Assembly (NCBI GenBank): GCA_018658265.1
Contig: JABHVN010000002.1
Location: 1 to 62,737, forward strand
Origin: Candidatus Woesearchaeota archaeon
GTDB lineage: Archaea; Nanobdellota; Nanobdellia; SCGC-AAA011-G17; UBA489
Reading direction: 5' to 3'
Length of the DNA: 62,737 nucleotides
The notes below the pieces were generated by a model. It ran no database searches and was not told where the DNA came from. It was given only the letters and a program-made list of their open reading frames with translations. Below are positions 27,229 to 36,412 of this stretch, piece by piece (position 1 is the stretch's first letter; each line of letters begins with the position of its first letter). The position numbers were made by a program, and so were the translations under genes.

Positions 27229-27807
27229 TTATATTTTACCTACTAAATCCATTCCAGGTTTTAATGTATCATTTCCAGGTTCCCAATTAACAGGGCAAAC
27301 TTGATCGCCATGCTCTTCAACAAATTGTGCAGCCTTAATTTTTCTTAACAATTCATTAGTACTTCTACCAATAGAATTATCATGTAATTCGTAAGCTTTC
27401 AAATTTCCTTCAGGATCAATAACAAAAGTTCCTCTTAATGATAAACCTTCATCACGGATGTAAGTTCCATAATTTCTACACATTCTTCCAGTTGGATCAG
27501 CAATCATTGGAAAATTTATTTTCTTAATTGTTTCAGAATTATCTTTCCAAGCCTTGTGTACAAATGCAGTATCTGTGCTTACACTTAAAATTTCTGTATT
27601 CAGTGCCTTAAATTCTTCATACTTGTCTGCTAAGTCTCCAAGTTCTGTTGGACAGATAAATGTAAAGTCTGCAGGATAGAAAAATAGTACTACCCATTTA
27701 CCCTTGTAATCACTAAGACTTACTTTTTTAGTATCATTTCCAACTAAAGCTTCAGCTGTAAAAGCCGGAGCCATTGTACCTATTTCTAATTTAATTTCAT
27801 CAGTCAT
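27229..27807 (-). CDS. Typical 2-Cys peroxiredoxin (AhpC/Prx1 family)
   Basis: Peroxidatic Cys in FYPADFTFICPTEL, resolving Cys in DQVCPVNW. Confidence 0.93.
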   Translation of the reverse strand: MTDEIKLEIGTMAPAFTAEALVGNDTKKVSLSDYKGKWVVLFFYPADFTFICPTELGDLADKYEEFKALNTEILSVSTDTAFVHKAWKDNSETIKKINFPMIADPTGRMCRNYGTYIRDEGLSLRGTFVIDPEGNLKAYELHDNSIGRSTNELLRKIKAAQFVEEHGDQVCPVNWEPGNDTLKPGMDLVGKI

Positions 27808-27909
27808 TTTATTCCTCCAAGAATGTAATGTGCCTAAAAAAGGCGTGTAATCGTCGATTTAAGCAGCAATTTACATTTATTAAGATTTATATGCTTCAGT
27901 AAACAATTG

Positions 27910-28509
27910 TTAATTTTTACTTACAAAATAGGCCAAAACTACACCTACAAGAGATCCAAAGAAGTTAAAGATCAAATCAAACATTGTATTGAACCATTCC
28001 CCATTAACAAATTCAGTATTAATATCTCCCAATCCATGGCCTAAAACACCTGCACCTTCACCTACAAAGAAATAACCTCCAAATTCTAAGAATTCTACAA
28101 AAACACCAAAGCCCATTGCAGCTAATACGGCAATAGTACATAAGTAAAATGTGGATAATTTTCCATTAACAAAGAAATTAGATTTATTCAAATAATTAAA
28201 AACAAACACTCCCATTCCCAATTCCCCAAAGAAATGTGTTACATGGTCCCACTGTATGAATACTGGCGAAACATTGTAAAATCCAAATACTCCAAAATTA
28301 TGTAATAAAAATCCAAATGCAATTAACAAATAACTCCAAACATTTAATTTCAAAGAAGATCTACCTAAATAAAGAAGAGTTAATAAAAAAATTAAGATAA
28401 CTCCATCATTAACATAATCCTTAACATTAGTAATAAATGCTATAATTATCAAAGATAAAAATACAATTAAAGATAAAAAATAACTTTTGTCTAAACTACT
28501 CAATTTCAT
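27910..28509 (-). CDS. Integral membrane protein (about 6 TM; possibly YjdF/DUF2238-like)
   Basis: Six hydrophobic segments and the motif WDHVTHFFGE; the family assignment is weak. Confidence 0.55.
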   Translation of the reverse strand: MKLSSLDKSYFLSLIVFLSLIIIAFITNVKDYVNDGVILIFLLTLLYLGRSSLKLNVWSYLLIAFGFLLHNFGVFGFYNVSPVFIQWDHVTHFFGELGMGVFVFNYLNKSNFFVNGKLSTFYLCTIAVLAAMGFGVFVEFLEFGGYFFVGEGAGVLGHGLGDINTEFVNGEWFNTMFDLIFNFFGSLVGVVLAYFVSKN

Positions 28510-28524
28510 ATAAAAATAAGAGGA

Positions 28525-28800
28525 TTACTTCCTCTTAAATTTACTTATTGACTTGCTTAAACTAACAAAAGGAAATGGTCTTTCATTACTTACAAAGGTT
28601 ATATATCTCAAAAAGACATATGTCTGTGTATTCCATATTTCACTAAATTGAGCTAATTCTTTATTTCTTCTATTAGTGAATAAAGTTATAACAAAATTAA
28701 CTGCAGTGAAAACCATTATTAGTGCCTTCCAAACATGTAAAATTATGCCGGAAACAAAACAAACAACAATACGCATTAAAGTTTCAGTTCTTTCACTCAT
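28525..28800 (-). CDS. Small membrane protein, DUF4389-like
   Basis: RIVVCFVSGIILHVWKALIMVFTAVNFVITLFTNRRNKELAQF..YVFLRYITFVSNERPFPF resembles the DUF4389 pattern as I recall it. Confidence 0.5.
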   Translation of the reverse strand: MSERTETLMRIVVCFVSGIILHVWKALIMVFTAVNFVITLFTNRRNKELAQFSEIWNTQTYVFLRYITFVSNERPFPFVSLSKSISKFKRK

Positions 28801-28909
28801 ATTAAATCCCCCTAAATTGTGATGTTCCCATTAAAACGTTGGAATATTATAAATCTTTCCAAGACTGAAAAACTTTATAAACCTTCTAAAAAGAAGTTAG
28901 ATCACTAAA

Positions 28910-29440
28910 ATGGGCATCCAAAACAAGATCAGAAATATCAAGATGTTCGGCTTCAGCAGCATTATGCCAAAAAAAAGCCATCAATTTGTAATAGGCATTA
29001 TTCTAGTTGCAGTATTCTTTTCTCTTGGATTTTTCTTTAATGGAGAAAACTCACCAACAATTACTGGAAGAGTAATAGAAGATACTATTCAAGACAATAC
29101 TGCCAACAATCCTTCTTTAAGCAATGAAGATACTCAAAATCAAGAAGAATCTACTGAAGAAGATCCATATGAGGTTTATGAATATTATGAATATGGCGGA
29201 GAATGTTCTTTCGATATTAAACAAGCAGAAGATGACGTTAATGACATTCTTTCGTATCTAGGTGAGAACGATGATGAATACCAAAAAATCAAAGAAGAAT
29301 ATGATAACAAATTAGAAAGCTTAAAAAACGAATATGAACCTAAATTAGAATACGCTAGAGAAGATACAGATCAAGATCAAGAAAATCTTCACGAAGCACA
29401 ATCAAAATTGCGCGAACTTCAAGAAGTTTGTTCATTTTAA
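28910..29440 (+). CDS. Membrane-anchored acidic coiled-coil protein
   Basis: TM FVIGIILVAVFFSLGFFF followed by a D/E/Y-rich coiled-coil-like region; start ambiguous (Met at residues 1, 12 or 19). Confidence 0.5.
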   Translation: MGIQNKIRNIKMFGFSSIMPKKSHQFVIGIILVAVFFSLGFFFNGENSPTITGRVIEDTIQDNTANNPSLSNEDTQNQEESTEEDPYEVYEYYEYGGECSFDIKQAEDDVNDILSYLGENDDEYQKIKEEYDNKLESLKNEYEPKLEYAREDTDQDQENLHEAQSKLRELQEVCSF

Positions 29441-29468
29441 AAAAAAGGTGGTCTAACGGAGGAATAAT

Positions 29469-29903
29469 ATGGACCAAAACAAACAATTACACATTGCATT
29501 AGGCATTGTAGTCACACTCATTTTACTTTTGAGCATTTTTACATTTGGATGGGTTATTGGAGATTCAGACGAATCAACAAATACAAATCAACTACTTGTA
29601 GTGAATAGCCTAAGAACAGTTAACACAGCAACTCAACCAGTTGTACAAGAAACTAAGTTACCTAATTTAGGACAATCATTAACTGATCAAAGTAGACAAA
29701 ATGTTGAAACAACGAACAATAATATAGAAATTAATATTCACAATTCTGGATATTATGGCAGAGGATACAACTATTATCCTAGAAGTTCGCACACTTACAG
29801 CCCATACAGAACCAGATACTACAGTGGATACCATCCTTACTACAATCATGGATTTTCATACCAAACAAGTTATGGTAATGGATTTAACTATAAATATTAT
29901 TAA
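29469..29903 (+). CDS. Membrane-anchored protein with a Tyr/Gly/Asn-rich low-complexity C-terminus
   Basis: GGAGG 8 nt upstream of the ATG; TM LHIALGIVVTLILLLSIFTFGWVI; last ~55 aa SGYYGRGYNYYPRSSHTYSPYRTRYYSGYHPYYNHGFSYQTSYGNGFNYKYY. Confidence 0.6.
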   Translation: MDQNKQLHIALGIVVTLILLLSIFTFGWVIGDSDESTNTNQLLVVNSLRTVNTATQPVVQETKLPNLGQSLTDQSRQNVETTNNNIEINIHNSGYYGRGYNYYPRSSHTYSPYRTRYYSGYHPYYNHGFSYQTSYGNGFNYKYY

Positions 29904-29934
29904 AGTATATAAATAGAAAATTCTTAACAAAGAT

Positions 29935-30879
29935 ATGCTAAAAAGAGGTGAGAAAATAGTTATCGCACTAGGTGGTAACTCCTTAATTAAGAAAGGTGAA
30001 AAACCCACTATTTCTAATCAATTCAAAAACGCTAAAAAAACAATGGAATACTTAGTTCCATTAATTAAAAACCATAAAGTTGTAATTACTCATGGAAATG
30101 GTTTCCAAGTGGGAAATATTCTCATCCGTGTTGAAGAATCTTTAGGCAAGGCTTACTCTATTCCTCTTGAAGTCTGTGTGGCAGAATCTCAAGGTGAACT
30201 GGGTTACATGATTGAACAAAGTTTACAAAACACATTAGCAAAAAACAAAATTAAAACTCCTGTTGTAAGCATTTTAACACAAGTACTTGTTGACAAAAAA
30301 GACCCTGCATTCAAAGATCCTACAAAACCAATTGGTCCATTCTATACTAAATCTCAAGCTCAAAAACTAATGAAGAAAGGTTTCAAGTTAGTTGAACAAA
30401 TTGGAAGGGGTTGGAGAAAAGTTGTAGCATCCCCTAAACCTATAAGCATAGATGATATAAAAATAATTGACTTATTATTGAAAAATAAAACAATTGTAAT
30501 TGCAGCTGGCGGAGGAGGAGTTCCAATAATCAAAGAAAAAGGTAAAATAACTCATGGAGTTCCAGCAGTTATTGACAAAGATCTTGCATCTGCATGTTTA
30601 GCCAATTCAATTAAGGCTAAAACATTAATAATTTTAATGAGTGAACCTTCTGCATATCTTAATTATAAGAAAAAAAATCAAAAGCCAATAAGAAGTTTAA
30701 ACATAAAAGAAGCTTCTAAATTGCTAAAAGAAGGTCATTTCCCAAAGGGTTCAATGGGCCCTAAGATTGAAGCCGCAATACAATTTATAAAAAATGGCGG
30801 AAACAATGTAATAATTACTTCCTCAAACAACATACAGAAAGCATTAATAGGAAAAAGTGGAACAGTAATAAGAAGGTAG
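29935..30879 (+). CDS. arcC: Carbamate kinase
   Basis: IVIALGGNSL, VITHGNGFQVGN, IAAGGGGVPI, VIDKDLASA; 314 aa. Confidence 0.92.
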   Translation: MLKRGEKIVIALGGNSLIKKGEKPTISNQFKNAKKTMEYLVPLIKNHKVVITHGNGFQVGNILIRVEESLGKAYSIPLEVCVAESQGELGYMIEQSLQNTLAKNKIKTPVVSILTQVLVDKKDPAFKDPTKPIGPFYTKSQAQKLMKKGFKLVEQIGRGWRKVVASPKPISIDDIKIIDLLLKNKTIVIAAGGGGVPIIKEKGKITHGVPAVIDKDLASACLANSIKAKTLIILMSEPSAYLNYKKKNQKPIRSLNIKEASKLLKEGHFPKGSMGPKIEAAIQFIKNGGNNVIITSSNNIQKALIGKSGTVIRR

Positions 30880-30887
30880 GTGAAAAG

Positions 30888-32222
30888 ATGGTGAAAAAGA
30901 ACGTAATTATAATGGGTGCAGCTGGAAGAGACTTCCACAATTTTTTAGTTTATTTCAAAGATAATCCTTATTACAAAGTTATAGGATTTACTGCAGAACA
31001 AATTCCTGGAATTGTTGACAGAAAATTCCCTGCTAAACTTGCAGGAAAGTATTACAAAAAAGGAGTTCCAATTTATCCAGAATCACAATTAACAAATTTA
31101 ATTAAAAAGAATAAAGTAAGCAAAGTATATTTATCTTACTCCGATCTACCGCACTTAGATGTAATGAACAAGGCTTCAACAGTTTTGGCTGCAGGGGCAA
31201 ACTTTTGTCTACTAGGTACTGATGAAACTCAAATAAAATCTAAAGTTCCGTTAATTTCAGTTACAGCAGTAAGAACTGGTGCAGGAAAATCTCAAACATC
31301 TAGAAGAGTTGCAGAAATTCTAAGAAAACAGGGTTACAAAGTAGTTGCAATTAGACATCCAATGCCCTATGGAGATTTAGTAAAACAAGAAGTTCAAAGA
31401 TTTACTACTTATGAAGACATGATCAAACACAAATGCACTATTGAAGAAAGAGAAGAATATGATCCATGGGTAAAATTAGGAATTCCTATTTATGCAGGAG
31501 TTAATTATGGTAAAATTCTAAAAGAAGCTGAAAAAGAAGCTGATGTAATCATATGGGATGGAGGAAACAATGACATGTGTTTCTACAAACCAGATCTAAA
31601 TATTGTAGTCTTAGACCCTCACAGAGCAGGACACGAGATGTTATACTATCCTGGAGAAGTTAATTTCAAAGCTGCAGACGTAGTAGTTATCAACAAAATG
31701 GATTCTGCACCTAAGGAAGGTGTAAAACAATTATTAATTAATTTAAAGAAATTCAACCCAAAAGCCAAACTAATCAAAGCTAATTCTCAATTAGTAATTG
31801 AAAACCCTAAATTGATGAAAGGTAAAAAGGTTCTAATTGTTGGAGACGGACCAACCTTAACTCATGGAGGAATGAGTTTTGGGGCAGGAACAATTGCCGC
31901 AAAGAAATATGGTGCTAAGATTATTAAACCACATAAATTTATCGTGGGAACATTAAAAGACACTTACAAAAAGTATCCTCATTTGTTACAAGGGAATGAA
32001 CTTCCTGCAATGGGATATACTCCTAAACAAAACAAAGAATTGGAACAAACAATCAATAAATCCAATGTGGATTTGGTTCTTGACGGTACACCTGTTAGTC
32101 TTAAAAGACAAATAAAAATAAAAAAACCTTTGATGGAAGTTAACTATGTCTTAAGAGAAATAGGAAGGCCCAACTTAATGGATGTAATCAAAAAAATAAA
32201 AATAAAAAAGAGGAAACGATGA
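30888..32222 (+). CDS. COG2403-type predicted P-loop GTPase (cyclic 2,3-diphosphoglycerate synthetase-like family)
   Basis: N-terminus VIIMGAAGRDFHNFLVYFKDNPYYKVIGFTAEQIPGI and P-loop TAVRTGAGKSQTSR match my recollection of COG2403; function unknown. Confidence 0.7.
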   Translation: MVKKNVIIMGAAGRDFHNFLVYFKDNPYYKVIGFTAEQIPGIVDRKFPAKLAGKYYKKGVPIYPESQLTNLIKKNKVSKVYLSYSDLPHLDVMNKASTVLAAGANFCLLGTDETQIKSKVPLISVTAVRTGAGKSQTSRRVAEILRKQGYKVVAIRHPMPYGDLVKQEVQRFTTYEDMIKHKCTIEEREEYDPWVKLGIPIYAGVNYGKILKEAEKEADVIIWDGGNNDMCFYKPDLNIVVLDPHRAGHEMLYYPGEVNFKAADVVVINKMDSAPKEGVKQLLINLKKFNPKAKLIKANSQLVIENPKLMKGKKVLIVGDGPTLTHGGMSFGAGTIAAKKYGAKIIKPHKFIVGTLKDTYKKYPHLLQGNELPAMGYTPKQNKELEQTINKSNVDLVLDGTPVSLKRQIKIKKPLMEVNYVLREIGRPNLMDVIKKIKIKKRKR

Positions 32223-33151
32223 AGAATTTAGTAAGCTTAAGCAACATAAGTCCAAAAGATTTTCAAGGATTAATAGACAAGGCAATTGAAATAAAAAGTA
32301 GAAAATCTATGTACACTAGAAGTTTATTTGAAAAGTCTCTAATTATGATTTTTCAAGCACCTTCTCTAAGAACAAGAGTCTCATTTGAAGTTGCAATGAC
32401 TCAACTACATGGAAGCGCTATAAACTATTATTCTGAAAACTCCCCCTGGGGCCTAGGAAAGGAATCTATGGAAGATGTAGCTAGAACTCTAAGTCAATAT
32501 TGCGATGTAATATCCGCTAGAATATATTCTCATTCAGAACTAAAAAAACTAGCAAAAAATGCTTCAGTACCCGTAATCAATATGATGACTAACGATGGAC
32601 ATCCTTGTCAAATCTTAGGTGACTTCTTAACAATTCAAGAAAAATTAGGAAAAACCAAGGGACTCAAAATTGCTTATTTAGGAGATGCTGAAAATAATGT
32701 TACTTATTCACTAATGCGGGCATGTGCACTAACAGGAAATAGCTTAACAATTGCATGTCCAAAAAACAAAGAATATTCTCCAAAAGAAAGAGTGGTTACT
32801 GAAACTAAAAAACTAGCTAAAAAATACAAAAATAAAGCTGCAGTAATTACAACGGACCCATTAAAGGCAGCAAAAAATGCAGATGTAATTTACACAGATT
32901 CTTGGATGTCTTATAGAATTCCTCAAGAAGAAAAGAATAGAAGACTAAAAGACCTTAAACCATTCCAAGTTAATAAAAAAGTATTTTCACAAGCTAAAAA
33001 AACAGCAGTATTTATGCATTGTCTTCCTGCAATGAGGGGACACGAAGTTACAGAAGAAATAATAGATGGTAAAAAATCAATAGTTTTCCCGCAAGCACAA
33101 AATAGACTCCATATTCAAAAAGCAATTCTTATGAAATTACTTAATAAATAA
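32219..33151 (+). CDS. Ornithine-carbamoyltransferase-family transcarbamylase with an atypical substrate loop
   Basis: SLRTR (canonical STRTR), HPCQILGD and HCLPAMRGHEV are present, but the OTC ornithine-binding DxxxSMG is replaced by DSWMSYR; 4-nt overlap with the upstream gene. Confidence 0.8.
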   Translation: MKNLVSLSNISPKDFQGLIDKAIEIKSRKSMYTRSLFEKSLIMIFQAPSLRTRVSFEVAMTQLHGSAINYYSENSPWGLGKESMEDVARTLSQYCDVISARIYSHSELKKLAKNASVPVINMMTNDGHPCQILGDFLTIQEKLGKTKGLKIAYLGDAENNVTYSLMRACALTGNSLTIACPKNKEYSPKERVVTETKKLAKKYKNKAAVITTDPLKAAKNADVIYTDSWMSYRIPQEEKNRRLKDLKPFQVNKKVFSQAKKTAVFMHCLPAMRGHEVTEEIIDGKKSIVFPQAQNRLHIQKAILMKLLNK

Positions 33152-33152
33152 A

Positions 33153-34499
33153 ATGGCAAATAAACAAGCAGTTGAATATGCAAAAGAGTTAGCCAACAGA
33201 GGTTTTACAGCTGATGCAGCTAGAGAAATCATGCTTTCTAGAGGATTTAACCAAAAAGACACTGATGAAGCTATGGTTCTTGCTTCAAAACCTGAAAAAC
33301 AAACTAGCGTTAATAGCCTATTAGTCATAGCACTTGTTTTTGTTATTCTTTTAATTCCCATCATGTTTTTATTGACTAGTGGAGATAGTTCAGTTGATTC
33401 AAGTTCAGATGAAACTTCTTACGTACCTCAGGCACAAGATAGTTATGAAGAACAAGAATTAAACGAAGAATTTGCTTACGGCTGTTATTCTGATGAAGAA
33501 TGTTTATTCAATGAAAACTGTTTAAACAATGAATGTTCCCCACTATACTGTACTTCTTGCGAAGAAGCATTTAACCACGAATGTACACCTTTAGTTTGTA
33601 ATGACAATGAAACAAATACTTGGGATTACTGTTCTGAAGGAACATGTTTTAACGAGATTATAACTTCTTGTATCAACGAAGATGCTTTCTGTCCAGAAGG
33701 GTGTAATGAAACTACTGACTTAGACTGTTCAATTCAAATAGAATGTACTTCAGAACTAGATTGTGGAGATGGTGACCCAGAAACAATAGATACTTGTGAA
33801 TCTCCCTTCGAAGGCGCTCCAAAAGAATGCATCCATACATTTCCACTTTGCGTAGACTTAGATGGTTACTGTCCTTCAAATTGTACAACCTTAACAGATA
33901 GCGATTGTGAATCTATTTGTGGTAACGATGTTAAAGAAGACCCTGAAGAATGTGATGGTGATTGTCCTGTAACATTTTCGGATTGTAATGATAACAACAC
34001 TTGTACAACTAACACTCTCTTAGGCTCATCAGCCCTATGTACTGCAGAATGTGTTTATACAGAGATTACAATGTGTAACTCCAATGATGGATGCTGTCCA
34101 TCTTCATGCACTTATTCATTAGACAATGACTGTGCCCCTAGTTCAAATTTACTTGCTACTGGAAGTTTTACTTCAGTACAAAGAATAGCCTCTGGAGATA
34201 TTGAGCTACTCTACTATGAAAGTGGAGTCCATAAAGTAACATTTAGTGAATTATTTTCAATAACCAATACAAATTTAAATCCAGACTTAAACATATATTT
34301 GGCAGTTAAACAACAAGTTACAACTAAAGAAGATTTAGATTCGGGAAATTTACTACTTGAACCATTACAATCCATTTCAGGCGGACAAGAATACGAAATT
34401 GCAAGTTATATTTCTAACATACAAACTTACAACAGCATAGTAATCTTCCAAGATAACTTAAATGCGGTTTACGCATATTCAACAATAAATTATAATTAA
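33153..34499 (+). CDS. Membrane-anchored Cys-rich surface protein with a C-terminal DM13-like domain
   Basis: Helical N-terminal domain, TM LLVIALVFVILLIPIMFLL, repeated CP..C..(T/L)xDxDC units (FCPEGCNETTDLDCS, YCPSNCTTLTDSDCES, CCPSSCTYSLDNDCAP). The C-terminus GSFTSVQ..SGDIELLY..VTFSELFSITN..NPDLNIYLA resembles DM13. Confidence 0.65.
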   Translation: MANKQAVEYAKELANRGFTADAAREIMLSRGFNQKDTDEAMVLASKPEKQTSVNSLLVIALVFVILLIPIMFLLTSGDSSVDSSSDETSYVPQAQDSYEEQELNEEFAYGCYSDEECLFNENCLNNECSPLYCTSCEEAFNHECTPLVCNDNETNTWDYCSEGTCFNEIITSCINEDAFCPEGCNETTDLDCSIQIECTSELDCGDGDPETIDTCESPFEGAPKECIHTFPLCVDLDGYCPSNCTTLTDSDCESICGNDVKEDPEECDGDCPVTFSDCNDNNTCTTNTLLGSSALCTAECVYTEITMCNSNDGCCPSSCTYSLDNDCAPSSNLLATGSFTSVQRIASGDIELLYYESGVHKVTFSELFSITNTNLNPDLNIYLAVKQQVTTKEDLDSGNLLLEPLQSISGGQEYEIASYISNIQTYNSIVIFQDNLNAVYAYSTINYN

Positions 34500-34500
34500 G

Positions 34501-35214
34501 ATGATAGGCAGAACAACAGTACTAACAGCAATATTCTTAGTAGTAGTTGCATTTATGTTTTATCAACCTTCCGAGAATGTAGGAGAAGTTATTCAACAGA
34601 AAGTTACACTTCAAGTTTCCGAAGAAATTTCACTATATGGAGATTTTTACCCAGAAAAGTCCAATAAAGGAATAATTCTAATTCACATGTATGGGGAAGA
34701 TAGAACTTCTTGGGATTTTTTAATACATGAACTTAGAGAGAAAGAATACAATGTACTTACTTTAGACTTAAGGGGCCATGGTGAAAGTAAACCTAACAGA
34801 GAATTAACGCAAGATGATTTTGATAGTATGTCTTCAGATCTAACTTCTGCAACAGATTATTTAATTGAGAAAAAAATTAATGAAATATCTATAATGGGTG
34901 CATCTCTTGGAGCCAATGTAGGTCTTAATTTCATTTTAAACGAGCCCAAAGCCCATAGATTAGTTCTTTTATCCCCAGGAATAGAATATCGAGGAATAAA
35001 TGTTCTTGAAAGTGCAAAATACTACGATAGACCATTATTGATTCTTTCCAGTATAGGGGATGAATATTCTTGGGACTCCTCAAATCAAATATTTAATTTA
35101 TCTCCTAGCAGAGTTAGATTAGAACCTTATGAAGGAAATATCCATGGAATTAATATTCTTAAACAAATTCCAAAATCAAAAGAATTATTATTTAAATGGC
35201 TAGAAGAGAATTGA
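34501..35214 (+). CDS. Alpha/beta hydrolase with N-terminal anchor
   Basis: Nucleophile elbow GASLGAN, HGES, C-terminal His in NIHGI; N-terminal TM. Confidence 0.75.
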   Translation: MIGRTTVLTAIFLVVVAFMFYQPSENVGEVIQQKVTLQVSEEISLYGDFYPEKSNKGIILIHMYGEDRTSWDFLIHELREKEYNVLTLDLRGHGESKPNRELTQDDFDSMSSDLTSATDYLIEKKINEISIMGASLGANVGLNFILNEPKAHRLVLLSPGIEYRGINVLESAKYYDRPLLILSSIGDEYSWDSSNQIFNLSPSRVRLEPYEGNIHGINILKQIPKSKELLFKWLEEN

Positions 35215-36048
35215 TTATTTAGACTCCAAAAGGCTATACAAATAATCGATAAAATCACAAGCACTCTTTCTTAAAAGACTTATTTCTTTAGGAGCAAGAT
35301 CATTCCCATTTCTTAAAAAAGATTTAAGTTCATAAATCTCTACCATAAAATCAGAATATTTTTTTGAGAGATGCAAAACTCCATTCTCAAGCAGGACCTC
35401 TTTTTGTTTGATTATAGAGGGATCTATATAACGCAAATAATTTAAAAAAGATACTAAAACATTGTATATTATGCCTTCAGCATATTCTTCTTTTGAAAGG
35501 GGAAGAGATTTCTTTTTGTAGACCATCATTCCAGAATCTTCAAAATAAACTCTAGAAAATGCAGACCTATTTAATATATTGGACTTGTTAATATCCCAGT
35601 CTTGGATCAAATCTTCTTTTTTTAATTCTTTTAGTGGAGTGAGATCTTTAAGAGGGGTTCCAAAAAAGAATTTACAAAAATTTACCCAATCAAAAGATAC
35701 AGTTTTACGTTTTCTATTTTTCCAAGTTTCTAGATCATATATCAATAAATGAAGTTGTACAACTTTTCCAGAACAAGGGATTTGTGGCTTTAGTGGCCCT
35801 ATCCTATTCTCGACAATGATATTAATTTCGTCAGTTGTAAGTGATTCGGCAAGAGTAATAAATTTTGAATTTATTTTAGAATAAATTTCAGAAGTGAGTT
35901 GGTTCACAATAATTATGATATCTACATCATTTACAACATTAAGAGAATTAGCATATTGAAAAGATCCCACCAAAGAAAGATTGATCAGATCATCCATTTT
36001 TAAATTATTAATTTCAGATATTAGTTTTTCCTTAAATTTAAATACCAT
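35215..36048 (-). CDS. Nucleotidyltransferase-fold protein (Pol-beta/MNT-like N-terminus)
   Basis: GSFQY..x12..DVDIIIIV (GS...DxD NTase signature) with a ~170-aa helical C-terminal region. Confidence 0.65.
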   Translation of the reverse strand: MVFKFKEKLISEINNLKMDDLINLSLVGSFQYANSLNVVNDVDIIIIVNQLTSEIYSKINSKFITLAESLTTDEINIIVENRIGPLKPQIPCSGKVVQLHLLIYDLETWKNRKRKTVSFDWVNFCKFFFGTPLKDLTPLKELKKEDLIQDWDINKSNILNRSAFSRVYFEDSGMMVYKKKSLPLSKEEYAEGIIYNVLVSFLNYLRYIDPSIIKQKEVLLENGVLHLSKKYSDFMVEIYELKSFLRNGNDLAPKEISLLRKSACDFIDYLYSLLESK

Positions 36049-36103
36049 GTTAAATCAACATATTAATTAAGTATTTAAAATATCTTCCAATTTAGGTTAA
36101 AAT

Positions 36104-36412
36104 ATGAACTTCCAAGAAAAATGCTACAAAGTACTAAAAACAGTGCCTAAAGGTAAAATAACAACATACAAAGAAATAGCTAAAGCACTTAATTCTAAAG
36201 CTTATAGGGCAGTAGGAACTGCAATGAACAAAAACCCTTACGCTCCAAAAGTACCATGTCACAGAGTAATAAATTCGAATGGAAACGTTGGAAACTTTGA
36301 TTCAGGAACAAAAAATAAAATAAAACTTCTAAAAAAAGAAGGAATTGAAATAAAAAATAATAAAATTGATCTAAATAAATATTTATTTAGACCTTACAAA
36401 CATCGCATTTAG
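36104..36412 (+). CDS. ogt: Methylated-DNA-protein-cysteine methyltransferase, catalytic domain only
   Basis: TYKEIAK..AVGTAMNKNP..VPCHRVI with the active-site PCHR; 102 aa; 3' end overlaps the convergent dehydrogenase gene by 26 nt. Confidence 0.85.
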   Translation: MNFQEKCYKVLKTVPKGKITTYKEIAKALNSKAYRAVGTAMNKNPYAPKVPCHRVINSNGNVGNFDSGTKNKIKLLKKEGIEIKNNKIDLNKYLFRPYKHRI

